DNA from: Camelus ferus
Lineage: Eukaryota
NCBI RefSeq assembly: GCF_009834535.1
Contig: NC_045696.1
Location: 85,314,001-85,378,000, forward strand
Direction: 5' to 3'
Length of the DNA stretch: 64,000 bases
The notes below the pieces were generated by a model. The model was not told the origin of the DNA and made no database searches. It worked only from the letters and a program-made list of their open reading frames with translations. Shown here one piece after another: positions 1-14,340 of this stretch; the stretch's first letter is position 1; the number at the start of each line of letters is the position of its first letter. Made by a program: the position numbers and the translations under genes.

Positions 1-454
1 GAAAGTAATTTATGAGGCTACATTCATGTCATGAACAGAATAAAGAATGACAGGAGTTAGCAGCATTGCCCATTATTTACCATGGTCTTCCTTTCCTTTC
101 TCTGGTGTCTATTACTCTATGAAGTGGTGTTTATTGGTCCTTATTTTCCTCTTTTGTGTGGGAAGAACAATTGCTGTGCTCCCATCACAAGGTCGTGGTG
201 GCCTTCCTCCTCCCCCTGCTGCTTTTTCCTGCTGTTATAAATTACACACACTGTACTGAATTCCACCCAGGAACAACGATCAAGATAAATGCTGCAACTA
301 GGAGTTATCTTTATTGTTGTTGTTTTATTTTCATTGTTGTTATATAATATTGATATTGTATGTATATACAGTATTAGAAGATACAGTAAAGTCAGCAAAG
401 GGAATAGCTACCTCGGATGTCTCCAGTTGTTCCAATGGGATAATACACACATGG

Positions 455-575
455 AATCAGAATTTTTGAGCTATGGCAGACTTGAGAATTTGTCTAATCA
501 AGGCTCTTCATTTTACAGAAGAGGAAAAAGAGGTCCAGTGAATTAACATGGACACAGCTGAGTTTAAGCCCCTTT
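455..575 (-). mobile_element. MIR-family SINE fragment
   Basis: cttcattttacagaagaggaaaaagagg. Confidence 0.5.
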
Positions 576-1889
576 CTTCCTAATAAACCTACTACGATGG
601 CCAAAAAATAAAATCACCATAACCACAAGAAAAGACTGACAATTTACCTTAAGAGGCTAAATAATTATAACAGGAAACAGAGAACATGAAAAATGGTGGA
701 AATAAAGGGAAAAAACTAAGAACAAAAGGCACTGCATGTACTTTATTCTAGAGAAAGTCTTCAGCAAAATGTGGCCAGATACCCTAGACTGATTAAGAGT
801 CTCAAATCCATCCTGGCTACTAGAGAACAGTATAAACAGTACCTTTATTTATCTTCCCCAAATAGTCAAAGATCTAGAACTATCCCACGTGGATATAGTT
901 GAAGAAATTGTTGACACTTGATTTTAAAAGAGAGGACTTTTATGAATACAATAGTGGTATTTATAACTTTTGAAGTACCGTCTAATGAAAAGAGTATCAA
1001 ATAGTACATGAAACTGTAGAGAAAACTAGAAGAAATACATGAATCTAGAAAAGAGACGCTTTCTAAATACAAACATAAAAGAATCAGAAAGCTAGCAGCC
1101 CAGTCCTGGGAGTGTTCACACAGGAGGAGGAGGAAGACCTGTTAGGGACCAGATGACCAACACACCTTCAAGACAATAAGTAACTGCAGGTTCTTTCAAA
1201 TAACACTGAAGACCTTCCCACAAAGATTATATGATTCATGACATAAAATAAGACACACATAGCTCACTTGGTAGATGGATACTCAAAATGAACAGTTGAA
1301 CGTAAAACAACTGGGTTAGGGTATTAAATGGTCTGTTCCTTCTCCTCTACTTAAACATTATCATTCTTTAGGATCTGTTTTAGACCTGTTTTCCCCAGGA
1401 CAATTTCTGTTTTCAGCTGCCGTGCAATTATCTTAACATCATTTACCATAATGTATTGGTTAGACCCCAGAAACATATTTAGGGACTTAACTTTCTTCTC
1501 TATAAACTCCTACCAATATACTTATAAAAATTAAGCAAATTCAGAATTTACCATTTTATAACATTATTATAACTTGTGGTCTGCCACAGTCTTGAGGCCT
1601 GTGGTCTTCCAGGCTACTATGTAAAGAACTCTAGAAATACAGGTCAACAGGAAAAAAAATTAAAAATCATGTGATCCTGACTCAGTGAATAATTTGGATG
1701 AATGGAAAGTCATAATACAACAGAAAAATATCAAGAAAGACTTTACTTTCACAATATCACTCATGGGTCACTCACTCAACAAACATTTAACAAATATCAA
1801 CTCTACAAATATTTCTATAGCAGCTGCTATGGTTCTGCAGATAAGACTTTCTCTTTTCCTTATCCTTATGTAAAAATATTTACCATAAG

Positions 1890-2140
1890 GACTAATTTAT
1901 TTAGTACTTACATTTTTGCTAGTCACTGTGCCAACCTCCAAATATAAATCATCTCACCATATTTTCACAGCAATTGCATAAAGAGAAATATTTCTTTTTT
2001 CACAGAAATTGCATGAAGAGAAGTATTTCTGTATTATCGAAGAGGAAACTGAGGTTCAGAGAGATGAAGCCTCGTGCCCCATGTCCCACACCGAGTAACG
2101 GCTGTACCTAGGACTCACCATCAGGCAGGCTGTCTCTGCA
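1890..2140 (-). mobile_element. MIR SINE
   Basis: Core gaagaggaaactgaggttcagagagatgaag...gcccc. Confidence 0.7.
1962..2030 (+). repeat. Tandem duplication with 35-bp period (31/34 identical)
   Basis: ttttcacagcaattgcataaagagaaatatttct / ttttcacagaaattgcatgaagagaagtatttct. Confidence 0.9.
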
Positions 2141-5100
2141 GCGGGCTTCATACAGCTCCCTAGGGAACTCACTGTGGGCTCACTGTCAGAGCACCTATTT
2201 TCCCTGAACAACCTGCCAAAATGAAGCATTATTTAAATATATTTCATGCAATATATTTGACTGAATAATATTTGAAGTTTTATTTTTTAGAACTATAAAG
2301 AACAAAGTGTGACAAGGGTTTCTGAGAACACCATTTTCCCCTTCCCTCCCCCTAAACCTGAGTGGTCCTCCACTCCTTCCCAAGGTTCCCACTAGGGGTT
2401 GGAGTTACTACATTAGGTTCTGTTGAGGCGACTTTCATTCTCCAGCCGAGGTAGTTTATTAAGCACTGGGTCTGGCAAAATATCTTACGTGCTGAAGTTC
2501 TTTCCTGCCCCTTGCTGGCTCTTTAAATTGCCGCATAACTTGACTGAGCCTTTATGTTTTTCTCTGTGAACAGAAGAGTTAATATCTACTGGAAATAAAA
2601 GGTATCAGTCTCACTGAGGACGTCTGGTGACAGCGTCATGTGGCAATATCGGGATTCGCAAATTCTCTGTTGGGCAAATGTTGACAGTCTTCTGAAGATG
2701 TCCTCATCAAATCAGGACTGATGTTCAGCCATGAGTTCATGATAAACCGATAGCAGTGATTAAAATATCGAAATACTTCCTACACTGTAAATACTTGTTT
2801 CTCGGGGTCCTGGGTACCTCTCTATTTCCCAGGCTGCCTCTTCTACCCTCTTCTTAGATCCCGTAGACCTTCCTACTGTGCAGAAAATAAAAGGTAGTTC
2901 CTGGCCCAGCAGGACCCTCCAGAATCCTGCTCCAGTTCCATGGCTTACATCATTTCTAACCAAACAGAATTCTTGCTATCTGGTTGTAAATTAGTTTTTA
3001 AAATACACTTGCTTTTAACAGATATTTCTTGAGCATACTAAGTGCCTCTCAGAATGAGACATACATGGCCCTCTCAGAGAATTAAGGTCTCTGTTTAACC
3101 TTTCAGAAAAGAGAACAAGTTTCAAAGAAATAAGGAGCACTGTCGGCAACTGTTTTAGAAAATGATTATATGTCTGGCTTTAGAGAGCTGTGAGTAATCA
3201 GTATGCTACACAATTTTCTTAACTGTTTATACTGTTCTCTCTGCTACAAGTGGCTTAGGCTTAATGAGAATTGGGGTTTTAGGCATTCAGTTTTATTCTC
3301 TGCTATAAGGTATAAATTGTTTGTGTTCTTCTGAATAGTTTGTAAACTCACAGGAAGCCTTGACACCTGGATTCCCATTGACATTTGGTTCTTGCCGAAT
3401 GTTGCATGTGCTGCAAAGCCATTTATTACTTTACAGCAATTTTTCACTCACCTTAGTCACTAATGACTCATTACTGATCCATTATGGTCCAGCTATTCAA
3501 CTTCTTTATGGCATAAGCTTGTATTTCATTTTCAAAAAAATCTGTGCTTTCAGTTTAAACCAGAGGAGCTATTGATGTACAGATGCAGAATATGCTTGAG
3601 TAAGCTTTCACATGGGAAATATTTTTCTGCAACATAAAACTTGTTTCATTAAAGGAAAGTGAAAATGTTGACACCCAGAACTCAACCAATCAGAATCTTA
3701 GCCTTTAACAGGTTACCATATCAAGTGTAAGTGTACAGGGGAGAGCAATTTGAGCTGAAGACAATGCAAATCCAAAGAAAATTCTGATATTAATAGTGAA
3801 ATCTATTTTAGAGTTAATACTACATTCACTTAACAGACAGTAAATTATACATTGAGAAATGAACTCTGTGGGAACATTGATGCCAGGTCGTTAGAACCTA
3901 GATATTGAATGTGCCATTCATAGAAGGGTCCGTAGAGGGTAAGAATGCTAATAGACTTATCAATACATTTCTTGTTATCTTGTATAGAATTGGTAAAGGC
4001 AAAATATATCTCAAAGTCATCTTCCCCGCAGCTCAAAGAAGTTCCAATTCTAATTACCTTCACAAGATTTTATACATTAAAATAGTTTTCTCCATCAAAT
4101 TTGAACATTATACATAATCTTGAATTTAACCACGGCACAAATATGAGAACAGGTTAATTCTAATTCTGTGTGTTACCTCAGGGGGCTCTTCGTGGCTGTG
4201 AAGTTGAATGGACACTAAAGTTAGAGGAAGCAGGGGGTTTGTTTGTAAATGTGAATTACATGTAAGACAAGCTTAAAGTGGATGTCAGTCATCACTGTTC
4301 CCTCAATATTCGTTGCCTCTTTCCTGTAACTTTTCAATGAGAAGAATACAAAAAATCAGACAAATCTCAGTGATATTATAAGAGTGAGAATAACAGACCA
4401 GTGAGAGGCCAGAGAAGTATTTGATGGTCAAAAAAAGAGAGAAAAGTATACAAGGGAATAGAGATCAGGTTGAATTTATTCCAAAACATACTGAAACTTA
4501 TCTCTACCTAACACTGAAGGAACCAAAGTTTACTTTCCTGATACACAGTTTTTATGTAAGCTTCCTTCCTGGGAAGCCTTGTATAGAATCGGTAAATATT
4601 AGAGATTTGAAGATTTCTATTTTTTTCTTTTTTGACCATTTCACAGCTCTTCTCTCCCTTGAGAAGAGTGTTTGCTTTTTTTTATTTCTCCTAAGTTGCT
4701 AAATGACATTTAGGATGTGATTTAAAGTATCTAAATGTTGTGGTGGAAAAATAGCATATCCAACAGAACCCAGAGAAAAGCAGGAGGAGAACACTGACTA
4801 CAAAAGACAGAAACATTAACTTTAATCAATTAGTTCAATTCTAATTACTTTTACAAGATTTATGCATTGAACTAGTTTTATAAAACAGGCATTGAATTCT
4901 AACTCGACCACGTAATGTATGTTTGCCTCTTCAGCGTCTATTTGTATTGCCAGGATGAATTAAACAATAGGCATCCATTGACTACTTATTGTAGGTCAGT
5001 TGCAAATAATTTCTAAAGCAATGTATTAGAGTCAATTTACATAACTGGCTTTCTAAAAGTTTAAAATTTAATTGGTGAAAATACATAAAAATGATAAATA

Positions 5101-7189
5101 ATACTTCAAGACAATGTAATTGATTTCGTAGCATGAACTTGATACAGGTTTTCAGAAAAGAGAGCTTGAATTAGGATGAAGTACTCAAGCAAAAAAAAAA
5201 AAAAAAAGACAGAGAAGGAAAAAGAGACACGCACAGAGTAAATGGAGTATATGAAACTAGAATTAAGTACTGAAAAATGAGTACAATGTTGACAAGTGGT
5301 AAGAATGCAGGAAGAATTTTAAGGGAGAGTCCTCTCCAAAGTGGTTAATGACAAAGTGCACAGTTGACAGTAGGTAGAGAACTTGCGTAGGACACAGGCA
5401 AGAGAAATCTGAAGGAACTGGAGAATAATTTAGGAGATAAATTTTGGTGTTCACAGCAAGAGGGCCAGCTGGAAACAAAAAAAAAAAAAAAAAAAGAGGA
5501 AAGAAAGAAAAAAGAGAAGGTGGTTACTGAGGGAATGTACTAAAAAAGCTAAAGTGTATAGAGGCTGGACCATTTTCTAGCCACTGGAGGGTTGAATGCG
5601 TAGCATTTGCAAAGGCAAAACAACTTTAGACATCATTTTTGAAAGCCTCTGTCTGTCATTAAAGAGAAATAAACGTTCCAACTTAATGTGTGTTAGGAAG
5701 TACTAGAGGATCTCACAAAGGCTGTTATCTTTAAGACAAATGCCTAGAAATGCATTATCCCACGTGATCGGTCCATTCATGTGGCACTTCGACTAGGGTG
5801 AAGGGAAAAGAGAAGCTGCCTCAACTTCAGGGGACAATGTCAAGAACAAACTAGGTGTTAATGCCCTAGCAAAGTCAGTTTCTCATCTCAGCAATGTACT
5901 GGAATGTTGATGAAAAACAAATTGAAGTATAACTCAAGTAAATGGCAGAGAATGTGAAGAGAAAGGATAGGACATAAATAACCCTGAGATAGAGTTTGCC
6001 TGCAGATATGTTTCATTTAGCCTATTCAGTCTTTTAATCAAATATTGAATGAGTTCCCAACATTTAGAAATTGGAGTATTTAATATTAGAAAAAAGGCTG
6101 GGATTCTGACCTTGAAAAACACAACTGGTTTCTTATTTCTGAACGGCAATTTATAAGAATTATTCAATTAGGGTATCTCCTCTTGAACCTACCTGAGTCT
6201 GTAGTTTATCTGCTTAATACTGTTAAGATCATGAAGACTTCTGCCTGGCTCCTACATATACCAACGTTTGGGATCTTCAAGCTGAGATACACAATCTTTA
6301 CAGCTCACGAAGATTTTCTAATGTGTACATGGGTATGAATGGTTTTAAGACTATCAAATTTCAAATCTTGCACCCACATATACTCTTTCTTAAGAATTTA
6401 TCTGCCTGAGAAGATATTTGGTGGAGCCATCAGCCTGTTTTTCTTAGCAACCTTTCCTTTCACAACTGTCCAGACCTACCTCTCATTAATTTCAAACCTT
6501 ACTATGTTGCATTGCCCCAGGGTATCAAAGTTGGTAGGCTGACTAACTATAGGGAGAATTCAAAGTATTGGTGTGACCACGACCTGCTACAGGCAAAGTA
6601 AGACAACTATGTCAGGTAGAGCTTCACACCTTTGTCAATCTTACTAGCTTTAAACATGGCTTTAGAAATGGTGCACTGTGACTAGTGATGAAATTTTTTG
6701 AATTTAGATATTTTGTAGAATGGAAATTAAGGGATATGGACATTTTCATTTATCTATATTGCTTCCTTACTCCACACTGCCTCTCTCCAGTTATTTTCAA
6801 AAAATGTTGCTGGGTAGAGACCTATGAGATCAAAGTAAATCCCTGATAAGAAATACTGACAAAAGCATTGCCTCTTTTCATCCAGGCAACAAATTCATGG
6901 TAAGATTCCATGTCTTTATTAAGCTAGCTATTCATCCACCCATATTAGAACTAAAATTTACAAGTCAAATGGTTATTTGTTTGTATTGAAGCTAGAAGTC
7001 GTATCTTTCTTGAGAAAAACTTAGTTTGATGATACAGGTTATCTGTCAAAGAGAAATGCCTCTACCCTGTAAGTTATAAGATAGATAATTTTACAGATAG
7101 GATCAACGTAATCTGCAGGTACAATGCTTTAATAAAAATATTTTTAAAGCATATGTTAATATAAAAGCATCTTATCAAAAACTATTATA

Positions 7190-8195
7190 CTCAATATAGT
7201 CATAAAATTTTATTTTCCCAGCCCTTTTCAGTACTCTAACTAAAATGATAATCAATATATTAGCTAATAATCATTTGGTAACACTCAATAAAGCATTTTG
7301 GATACTTCTAAATAACAAAGAAAGGGGCTGAATAACACATTCTTCTACAAACTAGTAGATCCTGAGTCTTTAAAAAAATGAAGAAAAAAAAATAACTGAG
7401 TTGTATGTTGATAGGTCAATGGAAATATGGTATCACAATATGGCTTTTGGAATATAATTCAGAAGGAGTTCAAAGGATCTGTAACATTACCGTACCAAAA
7501 CTTCTTCCAATTTTGTCAACTTATTCATGTGAATTTGTTTTTCCCTCAAACTATACCTGTAAAACAAAAATAGAAATAGAAGTAATGCCACATAACGTCC
7601 CATTTTAATGGCAATATTCATCTACAGATACATAATCTAATTGAAAAATAAGACATAATATTTTATATTTCAAGATACATATTCTTTTTATATTATTTTT
7701 AATACTTATAAATGTAAATACAATGTATATTGATGCTGTTATAATAAATGTGCTTTAATAATAATCACAATAAAAAGAATCCAAAATTTAACACTGAACT
7801 TATAAAAATTATTTTAAATTAATTAAATTTAAATAATGTATATATTTTTGATGGGGTGATCAATAAAACACTTTCAAGCATGAATTTTGAATGCAGGAAA
7901 TGGAATGGAAATGTGAGTGGAAAGAGAAAAGAAAACTGATAAATTCATATTCTTGCTTGTTTATTTATATTTTTAAGTAAATGATACTATATTTCAAGTC
8001 AATATTGTTTTCAAGTCCAATGGATACATTTACAAGAGTGACCTATCAGTTTTAGTTTTAAATAGCAAAATTCACATAATGTGAAAATTACTCTCATTTA
8101 TACTGCTTAAACTTTTGATGAATTTACAAATATGTGAGGATGTGTGTAACTTTTCAAAAAGATCTTTCTGGAGGTATACAAGAAACAATATTAAA
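7190..8195 (+). mobile_element. hAT-Charlie DNA transposon fossil with transposase C-terminal dimerisation motif
   Basis: ORF 7405-7608 contains KLLPILSTYSCEFVF...KTK, matching the hAT 'LLPFPSTYLCE.GFS...KTK.RNRL' motif. The AT-rich 3' region resembles Charlie elements. Boundaries are approximate. Confidence 0.7.
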
Positions 8196-8869
8196 TTATT
8201 TTTTCTTAGAGAAATAGAAATGTAAAATTCTCATTGGTTACCAAATCTCATTATTGATAAGGCAGTTGCAGTTTATTTAGTTGCCTGGTCTTGTCACATA
8301 GGACTCTGAGGCATCGATGTACTGAACTTCCTAACCTGGTCCAAAATGAATTAGAAAATTAGGCAGGATTGAGTTTTGGTTGCAAGAACTAGCTGTGAAA
8401 GGTTGGGGTAGGCAGATGCCAACAGAAGTGAATAAAAGCAACATGAAAATATTGTGAGATCAGAGTGGGGGGAGATTTGAAAATCAGAAAGAGAATTTTA
8501 GATTAATTATAAACAAAGTTGTTTATGAGTATTCTAAATTAGCCATCTCAAAGGAATATTGAGGAGAAAAAAGAAGTAAAACTCCTCTGTGTAAAGATAT
8601 GGTATTGAGAGTAAACAGTAGTCTAAGTGCTAGGGAAAATAAGAGGCCAGCAATCCACTATCATTGAGTGATGGTAACAGATAATATAATATCGATGTTA
8701 AGATTGTATTAACAATTTATGATTAACAGTTGTTTACGATTATTGTTAGTAGTTAAATTATTTCACTCTAAAGCATTAAGAGTAGGCTTGTTGGATAAAT
8801 GCCATATAATATGTTTAAAAATTTACAGGATAATAAAAAAAATCTTTAAATCCTGATATTTAGTCAAAA

Positions 8870-9030
8870 ACAATATTAGCTCAAATTTATTGAGTGTTGA
8901 CTGCAGAACAAGCACTATGCTAAATATTTACCTGTATTAACTCACTATAATAACTCATTACCTTTTCCAATCAACCTTCTGAGAAAGGTATTATTACTAT
9001 TATTATGTGATTAGAAAAAATGAGGTACAA
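8870..9030 (-). mobile_element. MIR SINE
   Basis: tttattgagtgttgactg...caagcactatgctaaatatttacctgtattaactca...aggtattattact. Confidence 0.65.
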
Positions 9031-11424
9031 TCCATGAAGTCTGAATCAAAAAGAAGAAAATACCTAAATCAGATAACTTATTTTTCACTCAATTCATAAG
9101 ATAGAAAAGCTCAAAATCTGTAGCTTTTTAGCACTGAAAGATGAATTTAAGTCTCCTTGGCACAGAATCTTGTTTTAGAAGCAGTTGAGCATTGTGTCTA
9201 GACCAAAAGCAAGACCACAATATGACACAAGCTCTCCTAACTCTTCATCCATTACATTGACATAGCCATACATTTCATCACTAATATGAAGAAAATAATA
9301 ATAATGTCAAAAGGTTGTTTTGAGAAGTAAATTATCAAAGAATCACTTTAAGAAGTAAATTGGTTCATTCATATAAAACACCTAGAACCGTGTCTGGTAC
9401 ATAACTAACACTCGATCAGTTTGAGCTAATACTGTTATGTAGGCTAATGATTAACTTTATCTCATCTTTATTTCTTTTTCTTCTGCAGTTCTCTGATTTG
9501 TTTCCTGTTGTTCCATCAACTTTAGGCTTTATATCTTTTTAAAGATACAATCAATTACCTAAATGCTCAAAGCCTAAAATTCTTTGTTTAATGATTTAAA
9601 AATACAATTATTCATAATTGTTTTTGTACTGTTAAAAGTTGAAAATGTGTGATATTTGCATTTACCGACCCTGTATTTCTGGTAATCAATAATTATGTAT
9701 GAACAATCTAATGATGTTTCGAACATAGCCATCATGTTGTATGGCTAATAATATATGTAAGATTGAAGTTAACCTTGAAGAAATAATATATAACTTCCCT
9801 TCTTTCCAGGTGTAGAATACTTTCCTAATGTACGGTTGATTTTTGGTGCAGTGCTGCAAAAGATGGGAGGTTAGGAGACTTGGGGAAAAGGGGACTATAT
9901 ACTTTCAAGAATTTATCAAACTTAGGGTCGGGGGTAGGTGAATTTGTACTTTGAAAATGGCCTCACCTCCAAAACAAACATATTCTCAGAAAACACTCCT
10001 AGTCATACCCACTATGAACCTGGGCCCTAAGGAGATATGATTAATACTAAGGCTAAATAGGAGGCTCGTCCATGTTGTGTATATTTGTCAGCAAAAAACA
10101 AAACAGTTGAATGATTAACTTTTGAACAAAGTAATGAGATGTTTTAGAACAATACCTGGATGAAAATTGAAATCTTTAAGAGAAATTTAAAAGTTTTAGG
10201 TTTGGTGTACTCAACAAAAAGCACTCAAGTACTTGTAAACATTTAGAATTTCAACTGAAAATTTCACTTCTCATCCAGATGGTTAGCATCAGAAAGCAGA
10301 GATTCTCAGCTCCTTTCAGTCTGGGGTAAAGGGTTAGAGCAGGTGGTTTATAGGCAGAAACTGCTGTCATAGCTGTAATATCATTTTATGGTAAGAAAAT
10401 TACAATTTCATTATTAACTTCTTCAGTATCATATTGTCAGTTTTTATCCCATTTGTATTTATTAATTATTCCCTAATGGAAAATAGTGGTTTGCATGCAT
10501 GTCTATTAGCTTTTTAGAATATTTCATGTGAGAAATCACAAATTTCTCAAGTAATTTTTATGGGAAGGTTCTTCCCACTATGAGCTTAGTTTGTGCTACA
10601 TAAATATAGAGTATATCATTTTACCATTTACATAATTGACATTTACCACAGTTGTTAAATATTCAGTTAGAATGTTCACAGCACCGGCTTGTCAGCTTGA
10701 AAACTATTGGACTCCAGGTGCTGCTTGTGGGAATTTATATTTTCAATAAAATGTCCTCCAACATGAGCAGCTGTGTTTTGTCAAGAAGTTTCAAATCCCT
10801 AACATTTAGTTTCTTCTTTCCTTCTTACATTCTACTTGCTCTCACATTCAGATGCCAAAATTTGTGTCTGAGAAAGAAAAGACACAGAGAGATTGAGAGA
10901 GGGAGGAGAGGGGGAAAGAGGAATGGGGAGGGGGAGGAAAAACAAAACAGGTTGTGCTCAACTCAGAGTCTTTTCTCTTGAGCTTTTCATAAGCCTTGGG
11001 TAGACAAGTGAACTAATGACACTGGTTATTTTTATCCCCATGAAGTATTATTGCATCGTTTGGAAATTTTTAAGATTATGAGGGATCTTTCTTAATTTAG
11101 AACAGTTTAGACCACTTCTTTGAGCTTAATTCAAACAGACAATTAAATATTTATACTAAAATATACATAAGACCCTAAAGAATTTAGTTTATCTTACTAT
11201 GGCCACTACTAACCCAAGTCACATAATCCTCACTTTCAAGATGAGAAAACTTGCATGTATTTCATGTTAAGCAGGTTCTTTTTCTTCTCTTATTATCTTG
11301 ACAGCTTGCTTATATTTAACATTTTCTGTCTTTTAAAACTTTGTCCACAGTTCACATATAACAGCAATAAGTAAATACCAAAATTTTAAAAAATACTCAA
11401 CAATAATTTTTATCAATAATTTAA

Positions 11425-12600
11425 TGAGGTTGTCTAGTTAAAGAACATAAAGTGAAGACATATGTTTATATTTGTTCCACCCTAAAACTACTAAAAATTT
11501 TTAAAGTCACAAAGCACCTAAAAGAAAATAACAGGAAAGGAAACATCAAAACAATTTTAAGAGCTGTAGACAGATTTATGAATGGTAACGTAACATATCC
11601 AAGGAAGCCAAATCCTAAAACTCAATTCTAAAGCCATGGTGTTAACAATAAAACAACTCAGTTTTCACCACAGAGATCTCAAGGCTCAGGGATTGTTAGA
11701 ATCTGGTATCTTTCTGAAAGAGGGATCTGGGAGGAGGGGAGTCAGGCTAAACTGAGACAGTGTGAAAGGTTTTTTTTTTGAGAATTAGTCAGGCCTGTAA
11801 GGATTCTCCCCCACTTTACACTGCCAGGTAATTTATCTCCCATTATGCTCTCAGAAGTCTGGAGTTTTCTTCTTTACAAGGGATCAAATATTTTCTATCA
11901 ATAAAAGTATTGCATCTGTAAAAAGAGAACAAGATGCCACATAACACAACACAGATAACAGAATAGAAAAGTTCTGAAAACCAATACTTTCATTGAATGA
12001 ATGAAGAGAAGAAAGATAAAGTTGAAATGTCTTCTAGAAAAGAGAGCAAAGAAAACTGAAAATTAGGAAAGTAAGAATAAAAGCTTCAAAGACTTATTTC
12101 AGATATTTCAAATACAAATAACACGAGTTCCAGGAAGATAACTAACAGGAGAAAAAATATGAAACGAGTAATGTTAAAACGCCTTAAGAACTGAGAGATA
12201 TGAATTTCCAGATTGTAAAGGATCGCTGATTGCTGAGCAAAATAAATGAAAAAAAGATCAATACCAATATTATCATCCAGAAACTTTGGAGTATAAAGAA
12301 TAAAGAAACTATTCTGAAAGTTTTCAGAATGAAATAACAGTACTAATTATTAATATAAAGAGTCTGTAGACAGAATGGTGAGACTTTTCAACAATAACAC
12401 CAGAAGCTAAAGAAAGTGAAGTAAAGCCTTCAAAATTCTGAGGGAAAATAACTTTCACCCAGAATAATACAGCCAACCAAATTATCTCTTAGATATAAAG
12501 GTAGAATAAGGGCATTTTCAGTATGCAAGCATCCCTTTCCCCTCGCAAATTACCTGTGTCACTTTTCTCAGACCCTGAGAAAAAAATTGGAACATAAATT
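11425..12600 (+). mobile_element. HAL1/L1ME-type ORF1 remnant
   Basis: gacttttcaacaataacaccagaagctaaag...gccttcaaaattctgagggaaaataactttcacccagaat matches the recalled HAL1/L1 ORF1 C-terminus. Confidence 0.75.
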
Positions 12601-13149
12601 GTTTAGGTCTAAGTTCCGTTTACCCAACAATCTTTTAAACTGTGGAGGAAATGAAGTCAAAGTACTAATTATAAAGCAAACTGTCCCTTTCCTGTGAGCA
12701 TTAACCAACAATCAAGTATCATTTTATATTTTAGAATTATCATTAAAAGATTTTTGAAAAACCTGACCCAGGTTAAAGAAAACAATGCCCTTGACATATA
12801 TAATATCTGCCCACAGTGTGGGCAAAATTTGACAAAAATTTTGTGTGAATTTTCCCTGAAATTAAGGAAGAATGAAATTTTCTGAGATGAAAAGCACCCA
12901 CCATAATTTACATTAAATGGATTCAAAATCACATGTACTGAGACAAAATCGAATTTCAAGGATCAAGAACTTTAGAGAGAGAAGTCAGGGAAGCCATACC
13001 TCAGGGTTCTCCAGAGCCACACTGATCCCGAGTAAATTCCTGAGTACAACGACTGAGAAACCATGAAGGTCCAAGAAAAGCTGTGCCCATCCAAATATGT
13101 TTAAGTATAGAGGAAGCAGGAAGACATTTCCAAACATAAAAGTCTTTTT

Positions 13150-13915
13150 AGATAGAACTGCTAGAAAAATCCGGGCAACTCAAATTAATATGATGTCATG
13201 ATAAATGAATAATAATCAGTATTAAAATTATTCATATATAAAACTATATAAAATGTGGTAACAGACATTAAATATTATACACTATATATGATTTATGTCA
13301 TAATAACATATAACATAAAAACATATATACACACACACATACACATACATATATATATATAATAATAACAAAACCCAAAAACTGGGAGGTGGAGTGGAGA
13401 ATAGTAGATAATGGAATTTTATTAATTTCCTCAACCTACTTGGTGGAGAATTAACAAGTACTGAATAAACTTGAAAAATCAAGAAATCAAAATGTAAGTA
13501 GTCATATAAGGTTATAAAAGAAATGTTACAAAAACAACACGATGAAATCAAGGAGGTTAAGAAGAAAAGGAGGATAGACGAGTGAAAATTAGCTACTCTT
13601 TTTTGCCTTAAGGAGATATAAATAGGTACTGTATAACGTTAAAAATCAGGAAAAATGTGCATATGTATGCGTCTATAAGTACATCAGTATCTATCTACAT
13701 AGATAAAAATACCTACTAAAATAGTTCACACACAGGCAGAAGGCACATATATAGCTAGCTATCCATCAACATCTGTATCTTTTTAGCTATATGAGTAAAT
13801 AAATGCTTATTTGCAGGAACAAAACTTTCAATAAATGTTATTTTGGGAAGTCAATAGTTTTAATTTTGTTTCATACCTTTTGGTACTATTGGACGTTTTT
13901 TAAAACATATGCATT
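13150..13915 (+). mobile_element. HAL1/L1ME-like downstream remnant with a (CA/TA) tract
   Basis: AT-rich old-L1-like text (gggaggtggagtggagaatag...aaaaatcaagaaat). Confidence 0.45.
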
Positions 13916-13974
13916 TCTAGAACCTTACAAGGTCCCAATATATGTTTTTTACTGAGGAATTGTCCTGCACCTGT

Positions 13975-14340
13975 ATTTGTCAGTGTTCAGCTCAGCAACA
14001 TGTGACAAAACAAAACTAAAGTGAAATCAAACAAACCAAATAAATAATGGATGGACAAGTTAGGTGTTTATCTCTCTAGGCATTTCAATCCAGGCCTTCT
14101 CTTCCAGAACCTAGGTTCATTCTAGCTTGATATTCTAAGATGATTTACTCAAACCTAGCCATCATGTCTAACTTCCAGTTAAGAAAAAAAACTAAAACGG
14201 AACTTTCTCCTTCATTCCTGCTTAAGGATAATAAACAGAAGTATCATAAGAAAAGTTCTCATCTCTTAGTGGTCAAAACTAATGCTTAATTCACAGGAGG
14301 CTGGGAAATACAGTCCTTACTTGGATTATATATGCTGGAT
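13975..14340 (-). mobile_element. Old MLT1 LTR
   Basis: gtcagtgttcagctcagcaacatgtgacaaaac...caggaggctgggaaatacagtc. Confidence 0.5.

Noticed and set aside
12808..12824. 17-bp odd palindrome tgcccacagtgtgggca
   Set aside because: An 8-bp-arm inverted repeat is near chance expectation for a 64-kb window.
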